DNA of 64,000 nucleotides from a virus: UHGV virus genome UHGV-0300374; one strand, 5' to 3'. Shown piece by piece: positions 57,239 to 64,000 of this stretch (position 1 is its first letter; each line of letters starts with the position of its first letter). The notes under the pieces were generated by a model. It saw only the letters and a program-made list of their open reading frames with translations, ran no database searches and was not told where the DNA came from. The position numbers and the translations under genes were made by a program.

Positions 57239-59473
57239 CTAAACACCACAACCCTCGCAATAAGCATCTTGCAGTGCAGATTTACCTACACCAATGCGAC
57301 TGTTAAGGTAGTACATGGTTTTCATACCTACCGAGTTGGCATAAATCATGTACTTCAAAGCTTGAGCCAATGATACCTTCTTAGCTTTTGCGTAGTCAAC
57401 ATAGAAATCTGAAGAGATAGCTTGACCAGTGAACTTTTGAACAATTGCATAACAATCAATCAGGTCAAAGGTGTCAATACCCCAAGCAATTTCATATACA
57501 TACTTCAACTCTTCATAATCTGGAACAATAAACAGCACGTTACCAGTTGCAGACTTTTTAGTTAAAATAAAGTCACGAATTGGGTACAAGCCATTTGTCG
57601 TATTAGTTGCCAGTGAAGAACTCTCATTAGGCATGTAAGCTTCTAATACAGAGTTTCGGATTCCACCATTTTCTTTGATACGTTGTGCTAAGTCATCCCA
57701 ATCATATCGTAGTTTTGCATCATGCTTTTCATCAATCTTCTTGTTAGCTGTCTTTGGAGGAACCCAGCCTTCAGGATACTTAGTGAACTTCATGTACTCT
57801 GGAACGCCACGCTCTTTAGCAAGTCTCAGAGAGGCTTCATGCAGATAGTAAGAGTGCATCTCTGCCAGTTCATGAAGTTTCGTTTTACCTGCTCGTGAAG
57901 AGTAGTTCACGTAGTTCTTCGCAAGGTAATGAGCCACATTTGTAAGGCCAATCCCAACAGAACGACGCTTCTGAACATGGTTGCGCATCGATGGATACGG
58001 ATAATCCATAAGGTCAATAACGGAGTCAACCATTGCAAGAGCATAATAAGCAACGTCAGCGTATTCATCTTCTGAAATTCTCCCTGCAACCAAACTAGCT
58101 AGGAAGCAAAGAGCCACCTCACCATCCTCTTTCACAGCATCGTCTCTGTAAAGGTCTGTCTCTTTCTCAAAACCATACACTGGCAACACAATTTCCATAC
58201 AAAGATTTGACATCTTCAATGGTTCTTTAAATGGTGTATGTGTGTTTGCGTTGTTAGTGAAGAATGGATACACACGACCTGTAGCATAACGCTGTTGAAT
58301 AAACAGCTTAGCAATTTCACGAGCCTTGACTCGTCTGTGCTTAACTCCTGAATGTACTGCGTGACCAACTGCCATAGCAAACTCATCAGCAGATGCTGTG
58401 TAGAACATGTCATAGAGTTTTGGTGCATCTTTGTAAGAGAATAGCAACCAATCTGTATCATACTGAACACACTGCCAGAAATAATCGTTTGTGCCGAATG
58501 AGTAGTCCATCTCATTAATACGTTTAGAAGGAACCGTTGTAGGGTGCTTCAAACGCAGTAAATCTTCAATCTGCGGGTCTAGAGCAGTGTAGAAGTTATT
58601 AGCTGAACCACCACGACTCTTCTGTTTGTTTGCCTCTACAGATGAACGTACAAGCTTGTAATAAGGCAGTTTACCCATGTGTTCGATAGTGTTTTGACGG
58701 ATACCATCACCAATAGTGCGAGTCTCCATCAGCATACCGATACCAGCTTGCTTTGTAGTCATATCATAAGCAACCTTTGCAGCAATACCAAGTGATTCAG
58801 CAGTATCGTTTGCCTTAATCAAGCAGCATGACGCATAACCTGATTTAGTTGCCCTCAAACCGTTTAAATAAGGCGTAGGAGCGTTAATCTTCAGGTCAGA
58901 TAGGTAAGTGTACAGCTTGATAACATCTTGCAGTCTACGGTGCTTTGGTTGCTTCTCAAAGGCTTTCATAGCCATACCCATAAACATAAATTGTGGTGAC
59001 TCAAAAAGTCTTCCCGTTTTAATATCACGGATACCATACTTGTCTCTGAACTGTTTCAAGACTGCATAACCGTAAGAGATATCTTTTGAGTGCACGATGT
59101 AACCTTGCAGGTATTCAAGTTCTTCCTGTGAGTAATCCATCTTCTCCCAAAGTCCTGCTCTCTCCATATTTTTAACGAAGGTAATCAGCGTAGGAACCTT
59201 AGTAAAGCCTCCAAAGGCTTCTTTGTAGATAATACCCAAAAGCAGTCGTCCAGCCATATCTGAGTACTCTTGAGTTTGTTTATCAACACAAACATCAATC
59301 ATGGCTTGGTGCATCTCTTTTGTAGTGCAACCCTCATAGACACGTTTCATAGCTTCCATAGTGACTTCTGACCAGATAATTCCACGTTTATCTGCCCATG
59401 ATGCCCACTTATTCAGTCTTTCTGGGTCAAAGCTTACTACTGTACCATTTGATTTTTTAATTGTCTTAATCAT
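57239..59473 (-). CDS. nrdA: ribonucleotide reductase class Ia alpha subunit
   Basis: N-terminal ATP-cone-like region, active-site NLCMEI motif, C-terminal CEGCGV tail; 744 aa. Confidence 0.8.
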   Translation of the reverse strand: MIKTIKKSNGTVVSFDPERLNKWASWADKRGIIWSEVTMEAMKRVYEGCTTKEMHQAMIDVCVDKQTQEYSDMAGRLLLGIIYKEAFGGFTKVPTLITFVKNMERAGLWEKMDYSQEELEYLQGYIVHSKDISYGYAVLKQFRDKYGIRDIKTGRLFESPQFMFMGMAMKAFEKQPKHRRLQDVIKLYTYLSDLKINAPTPYLNGLRATKSGYASCCLIKANDTAESLGIAAKVAYDMTTKQAGIGMLMETRTIGDGIRQNTIEHMGKLPYYKLVRSSVEANKQKSRGGSANNFYTALDPQIEDLLRLKHPTTVPSKRINEMDYSFGTNDYFWQCVQYDTDWLLFSYKDAPKLYDMFYTASADEFAMAVGHAVHSGVKHRRVKAREIAKLFIQQRYATGRVYPFFTNNANTHTPFKEPLKMSNLCMEIVLPVYGFEKETDLYRDDAVKEDGEVALCFLASLVAGRISEDEYADVAYYALAMVDSVIDLMDYPYPSMRNHVQKRRSVGIGLTNVAHYLAKNYVNYSSRAGKTKLHELAEMHSYYLHEASLRLAKERGVPEYMKFTKYPEGWVPPKTANKKIDEKHDAKLRYDWDDLAQRIKENGGIRNSVLEAYMPNESSSLATNTTNGLYPIRDFILTKKSATGNVLFIVPDYEELKYVYEIAWGIDTFDLIDCYAIVQKFTGQAISSDFYVDYAKAKKVSLAQALKYMIYANSVGMKTMYYLNSRIGVGKSALQDAYCEGCGV

Positions 59474-59490
59474 TTTTGAATCCTACAGAT

Positions 59491-59513
59491 GAAAAGAGCC
59501 TCCGAAGAGGCTC
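59491..59513 (-). terminator. intrinsic terminator
   Basis: gagcctc-cgaa-gaggctc hairpin with U-run on minus strand. Confidence 0.5.
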
Positions 59514-59518
59514 CTAGT

Positions 59519-59854
59519 TTAAATCTTGAAAATTTGCTCATTCTGCCACATATCGTAAAACTTATCACTTACTTTTGTGACTGAAGAAGTGTGCATACAA
59601 TTCAGGAGCCATGATGATGTATTATCATCCATAATTGTTTCAAGTTTTTGTGTAACGTTCACATCCATGTCTGCAACAACGTAATTACCTCGCATCTTGC
59701 AAACAATCCTTCCAAACAAGATTGCACTTCTTCCTCTTCGGTCATCACAGTACATGACTGTGTCTCCGTGCTTGATATCTTGTCCGATACTGTCAACACC
59801 TAACTTAGCACCTGAGATAATGTCATCATAAGATAGCTTTTTTGTTTTAGACAC
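59519..59854 (-). CDS. hypothetical protein
   Basis: ORF track, 111 aa. Confidence 0.4.
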   Translation of the reverse strand: MSKTKKLSYDDIISGAKLGVDSIGQDIKHGDTVMYCDDRRGRSAILFGRIVCKMRGNYVVADMDVNVTQKLETIMDDNTSSWLLNCMHTSSVTKVSDKFYDMWQNEQIFKI

Positions 59855-60179
59855 GGTATTTCTCCAAGTTTCTTTTTAGATATAACCAACCATAGTCAGT
59901 CCTTTCTACACCCATGAAGAGTGGAGCCATTACAACTTTCCCAAAAGTATTTCTGTGTTGGCAGATTTCAAAAGAATACTCTTTCTCAATATCAATCCCA
60001 TATTTGTACAGGACTGCTTTTAAAACTTGTTCATTGTCCAGAAGTGTATCTGGAGTCTCACCATATTTTTCTAGTAACGGGTCATTCATAAACACCGTCA
60101 TAGAAATATTGTAGTTTGAGAAGTGGCTCTTCTGAGCCACACCCTCTTTATTAATGTTCTGTGAATCCATTATAACCAA
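59847..60179 (-). CDS. hypothetical protein
   Basis: ORF track, 110 aa. Confidence 0.4.
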   Translation of the reverse strand: MVIMDSQNINKEGVAQKSHFSNYNISMTVFMNDPLLEKYGETPDTLLDNEQVLKAVLYKYGIDIEKEYSFEICQHRNTFGKVVMAPLFMGVERTDYGWLYLKRNLEKYRV

Positions 60180-60906
60180 CCCCTTTTAACCAGCACTTCA
60201 GGTTATTAGCATCATAATTCAGTTTCGGGTATGAGGTTACATGGAACTGCTCACCATCATAGTAGACAATATCTGCAATCCATAGTCCATTCTCTTTACA
60301 GAAATCTTTATCTGCTTTAGAGGTAATTGGATTAACTTCTACAAAACCATCTACACCCAAATCCTTTAAGCTACCTACAATACCTTTGCAGATAACGCAT
60401 GTCTCAGATACTACCACAAAAAGTTCTTGGCTTTCAAGCTCTACAATGTATTCACCAAGCTGCACTTTAGGGAGATTTGATTGCTTCATAATCTTCCCAT
60501 CGGCTGCACGGACAATCGCATACCACTCTTTACCATCAACCACTGACATTCTGATGATACACTCTTGACCAGTACGCTTCTCAACATCTGCAAGACGCTT
60601 TAAAGCTTCTTCATAGTCATCTGTGTACTTCAGGTCATTATTATGGCAAACAGCTTTCATAGCACCGTTATGGTCATGTTGTGACAGATAAATCAGACCA
60701 TCAAGAACATATTGCAAATCTGCCTGAGCATCCAGTGTCTCAATGGGGTCTTTCTCTTCAATTGCTTTTACAAGCTCTTTTGCTTCTTCAAGCATACACA
60801 GAGACTGGGATTTTAAAGATTCCCAATACTCATCACTGTAAGGTTGCTTTTGAGTGTTTCCACAACGAAGATTCCAGTTTTTTACTGCTTCTCTTGAGTT
60901 AAACAT
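60151..60906 (-). CDS. MazG-like NTP pyrophosphohydrolase candidate with extra C-terminal domain
   Basis: Helical EE..E...D segment LCMLEEAKELVKAIEEKD...ETLDAQADLQYVLDGL resembles all-alpha MazG/HisE fold. Confidence 0.35.
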   Translation of the reverse strand: MFNSREAVKNWNLRCGNTQKQPYSDEYWESLKSQSLCMLEEAKELVKAIEEKDPIETLDAQADLQYVLDGLIYLSQHDHNGAMKAVCHNNDLKYTDDYEEALKRLADVEKRTGQECIIRMSVVDGKEWYAIVRAADGKIMKQSNLPKVQLGEYIVELESQELFVVVSETCVICKGIVGSLKDLGVDGFVEVNPITSKADKDFCKENGLWIADIVYYDGEQFHVTSYPKLNYDANNLKCWLKGVGYNGFTEH

Positions 60907-61144
60907 TTGGACTCCTTAAAAATCTGTTAACCTTTAGCTCTCGTGTTTCAATATATTCCAGATGCTCACGTAACTCTTGACGTTTAAGCATTAGGTGTTG
61001 CATTTGAGATTCAACAGCTTCAACTTCTTTAATTATTGACTCTCTGGCATTTGCAAGAATGCGCTCAAGTTCTTCAATCTTGCTGTCAACCTTTGCTACA
61101 TGACTCACAGCTTTACTTTTGTTAAACATTTTATTCTCTCTCAA
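60899..61144 (-). CDS. hypothetical coiled-coil protein
   Basis: ORF track, 81 aa. Confidence 0.35.
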   Translation of the reverse strand: MRENKMFNKSKAVSHVAKVDSKIEELERILANARESIIKEVEAVESQMQHLMLKRQELREHLEYIETRELKVNRFLRSPNV

Positions 61145-61150
61145 TAGTTA

Positions 61151-61648
61151 TCAAGCACAATTCGCTTTCATTACCTTATGGATTCTTTTTTCAGCATCTT
61201 CATAAGTTTCTTTAGTGATAAACTTAATTGCTGCAATGTTGGCATTGTAGAAGAGTCTGAGCTTAGAGTCAATCCTTTTTGTCATTACATCAAATTTATG
61301 TTGGAGGTTTGCTTCACCATAAACTAGGCCACCTTTCGTGTAGTAGGTTTGGATAATGTAAAAGTCAAAAAATTCTTTTCCAAAGCTCTCAATATCTTTT
61401 TTAATATACTCAGAAGAAGTCTCATAAGTCATCCAATCACTTTCCTTAGTGACTACCTTCTTCCGAGTCTTGCCAGCAACTTTTCTTTTGGTCACACTAT
61501 TAAGCTGTTTCTTTCCGATATAATATTGTCCGGTTTTCTTACAGTATACTAAATAGACAAAGCCAAAATGTTTAGTGGGGTCAACTTCCCCACATAAAGA
61601 TACCCAATGACCATAGGTAGGGCAATTGCCAAATCCTTTAATCTTCAT
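61151..61648 (-). mobile_element. GIY-YIG endonuclease gene (homing-endonuclease-like)
   Basis: FGFVYLVYCKKTGQYYIGKK matches GIY-(x10)-YIG spacing. Confidence 0.5.
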
Positions 61649-62678
61649 TCATACACGGCTCCCAATTATATTTCTTAAAAGAGAAATTATCTTTTGGATT
61701 TCTCTCTTGATAAGCTAGGAAAAAATGCTGTTCCATTAACTCTAACGGTGTCTTTGTAATAGTCTGTCCATCCCATGACACATAGGTATAAGAGTCTTTT
61801 TTAGCATAAAGTTCATAGATAGCATCAAGACACTCTTTGTAGGTCTCTTTACCATCTAAAGCATTCATCACAGCTACTTTACCAGCACCTTTAAGGCCAA
61901 AGTAGTTGTCTGCATTATCTCCAGCAACAGCCTGATAACACAAAAATTTAAAACCTACACCAACTGTTTTTGCAGCTTTTGGTTTTGATTTGATAGGACA
62001 ATCCCAGATATCACCAACATTATTATCAGCAATAAAAATTAGTGGTGACTTTTCATAAGTCATATCAATACAATAAGTCCCTTCAGCTTGTCGAAGGTCT
62101 TTGTCAATACTCATAAGAGCAGCCTTCTTACCCATCTTTTCAGCTTTAGCAATTACGATGGAATCGGCTTCGAAGCCTCCCTTTAAGAGCTTGAACTCTG
62201 GTCTTGACAGAAGATATTCACGACAAGCAACTAAGTGTGTTGGTGTGACAGCATCTTTACGGTTACCTTGATATTGGTGCTCAAGACCTTTAATGTCTTT
62301 ATGTTTATGTACACCCTTCTCTGTTAAGTAGCCTACCCAAGTTCTTTCTTTACCAACAACCTTAAGCCATTCCTGAAGAACCTGCTGAGTAGCCATGATA
62401 GCTTCTTTTTCACTCTTAGCTTCTTTCCAAGTCTGTCTTTCCCATTCATCTTCATCAAATGTCAGGCCAAGCTCTTCCACAAGGATTCTCTGGTCTGCTA
62501 ACCATCTTGCAGCATCTTTTGCATTATCAAATGGTTCAGATTCTTCTGCTGTGAGTTTATTGACATATTTATATTTTGCTTTCTCAACTACACAAGCACC
62601 TTTATAGGCAATGCTATCAGAGTCAATAAAGACATGTGTAACTGAATCGGGAAGTTTTGTTAGTGTATACTTCTCCAT
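61638..62678 (-). CDS. 5'-3' exonuclease / flap endonuclease (RNase H-like)
   Basis: N-terminal THVFIDSDSIAYKGA and H3TH-like AVAGDNADNYFGLKGAGKV. Confidence 0.5.
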   Translation of the reverse strand: MEKYTLTKLPDSVTHVFIDSDSIAYKGACVVEKAKYKYVNKLTAEESEPFDNAKDAARWLADQRILVEELGLTFDEDEWERQTWKEAKSEKEAIMATQQVLQEWLKVVGKERTWVGYLTEKGVHKHKDIKGLEHQYQGNRKDAVTPTHLVACREYLLSRPEFKLLKGGFEADSIVIAKAEKMGKKAALMSIDKDLRQAEGTYCIDMTYEKSPLIFIADNNVGDIWDCPIKSKPKAAKTVGVGFKFLCYQAVAGDNADNYFGLKGAGKVAVMNALDGKETYKECLDAIYELYAKKDSYTYVSWDGQTITKTPLELMEQHFFLAYQERNPKDNFSFKKYNWEPCMNED

Positions 62679-62740
62679 TGTGACTCTCCATATGAAAAAG
62701 CCCCATACTAAGTACAGGGCTTTAAAGTAACTTTTAGAGA

Positions 62741-63598
62741 TTAGTCTTCTGTATCGAAGTCTTCATCTTCTTCGTCATCTGGGTCTGGCAAGTCTTCATC
62801 GTCACCATCATCAGAATTGTTCGAAGGTTTGTGGTCTGTTGCGTCTTCTTCAGTGATTTCACCATTATCTTCAACACCATCAAGACCAAGCATAGCCAGT
62901 TCGTCTTCATCCAGTTCAGGTTCACCGTTAGCACCGTTACCACCAGTGTAAGGTACAAGAGTATCAATGATAAACTGTTCCTGAATAGGTTTTGTCAGAA
63001 CATTGTTCTCAAAAGTGTAGAAGTGAGTAGAAAGAATCACACTACCAAAAGAACCGTTACCAACTGCAATATCTGGATGAATTACATCATAGTTCTTGTC
63101 ATCTTCATGCTTATCGGATGCTTGAGCTTTGATTTTCTTCATCGGCTGTTTAACAGCTACACGCTTACCATTTACTTCTTCAATCAGCATTACAGGGAAT
63201 GACTGTTTAGCTGTCCACACAGCACCATCTTTATAAGCTGCTGCACGACTTACTTTCAAGATGTAGTAAGTGTCTGCTTCAAATGGTGGTTTGCAACCAA
63301 ACTTCTCTTCGAAGTCATCTGCATCAACTGCTTCAGTAGTAACTTTATCCCAACCTTCTGGGTTTTTCTTAGACTTAGTAAACTCTTTAAACAGCTTGTT
63401 ACCATCTTCTGCCAGAATTGAAACACTGTAGTTGCAGTCTTTGCCTGGGAATTTCTTATCAATGGATTTACCTTTTCCCGGACGTGGTGAAGTGTTCAGG
63501 TAATAAAACCAAACATCTTTCAGAAGGTAACGCAGAGTTTGACGTTCAGTACCATTGTACTTCTCTACCGGAGCTTTCATTTTAACAACTTTAGACAT
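62741..63598 (-). CDS. ssDNA-binding protein candidate with acidic C-terminal tail
   Basis: 285 aa ending ...DDGDDEDLPDPDDEEDEDFDTED. Confidence 0.35.
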   Translation of the reverse strand: MSKVVKMKAPVEKYNGTERQTLRYLLKDVWFYYLNTSPRPGKGKSIDKKFPGKDCNYSVSILAEDGNKLFKEFTKSKKNPEGWDKVTTEAVDADDFEEKFGCKPPFEADTYYILKVSRAAAYKDGAVWTAKQSFPVMLIEEVNGKRVAVKQPMKKIKAQASDKHEDDKNYDVIHPDIAVGNGSFGSVILSTHFYTFENNVLTKPIQEQFIIDTLVPYTGGNGANGEPELDEDELAMLGLDGVEDNGEITEEDATDHKPSNNSDDGDDEDLPDPDDEEDEDFDTED

Positions 63599-63670
63599 TA
63601 TTTAAACCTCTATCTCAATTTATGAAGAGTACCAATTCTAATTTGTTGATACTCTATTGTCAAACATTAA

Positions 63671-63820
63671 TTACTGGAAGTTGTGCTTATCTTTAGAAGC
63701 TGCTTTACGTGCAGTTTTTCCAGTTCTTACACGCTTCTCTTCATAGTATTTTGCTGGTTTACCAGCAGTGGCTTTTAAGGAATCCCCAAAAACTTGTTCA
63801 AATGCTTTAGAGTGTTTCAT
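63671..63820 (-). CDS. hypothetical 49-aa basic protein (below ORF-track cutoff)
   Basis: Hand-translated MKHSKAFEQVFGDSLKATAGKPAKYYEEKRVRTGKTARKAASKDKHNFQ with GGAGAA RBS. Confidence 0.3.
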   Translation of the reverse strand: MKHSKAFEQVFGDSLKATAGKPAKYYEEKRVRTGKTARKAASKDKHNFQ

Positions 63821-64000
63821 GATATTCTCCGATATACTTGATATTCAAACACATTTTCTTTAATTATAAACAGCCAACCAATATTATGTCGAGGTATAGT
63901 AATAGTGACTGTTATCATACTGTGATGGAACTTTTCTTCTACCTCAACGCCTCCATCACATTTCATGTAGAGCATTCTATAGAACCTATCAACCTTTGTC

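Noticed and set aside
56926-57267. ORF-track start at 57267 for the small gene between nrdA and nrdB
   Set aside because: Would overlap the nrdA 3' end; ATG at 57183 has a GGAGAG RBS

Overview
This 64-kb window looks like a contiguous piece of a large, AT-rich virulent tailed-phage genome with myovirus-type morphogenesis genes; gene content is reminiscent of Felix-O1-like/T-even-like phages, from memory only. All calls were made by reading the sequence and the ORF track; no tool was run, and tRNA boundaries are hand-folded (about +/-3 nt). Layout: (1) 1-14369, minus strand, virion module: partial tail gene, tape measure, two chaperone-like ORFs, tube, sheath, neck ORFs, major capsid, protease/scaffold, portal, large terminase. 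(2) 14583-19754, minus strand, about 27 tRNA genes covering roughly all 20 amino acids, interrupted by three ORFs and several structured tRNA-free spacers. (3) 19910-21778, a vWA/MIDAS protein and a small basic protein. (4) 22028-30439, plus strand, small ORFs plus an Ig-like-repeat protein and a GH24 lysozyme. (5) 30480-32060, a 1.6-kb ORF-free block of phased short repeats between convergent terminators. (6) 32129-38724, minus strand, about 16 small genes, most behind a conserved promoter/stem-loop/RBS leader cassette of two families. (7) 38725-39153, direct repeats and a G-quadruplex-type tract. (8) 39154-64000, minus strand: macro-domain protein, overlapping spanin pair, HAD hydrolase, secreted lytic transglycosylase, rIIA/rIIB, NadV plus Prs-like pair, HNH and GIY-YIG endonucleases, anaerobic and aerobic ribonucleotide reductases, FEN-like nuclease, SSB-like protein. 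The best candidates for something undescribed are the leader-cassette gene array, the phased-repeat block, the vWA protein beside the tRNA array with its tRNA-like spacers, and the NadV/Prs/macro NAD-ADP-ribose gene set.
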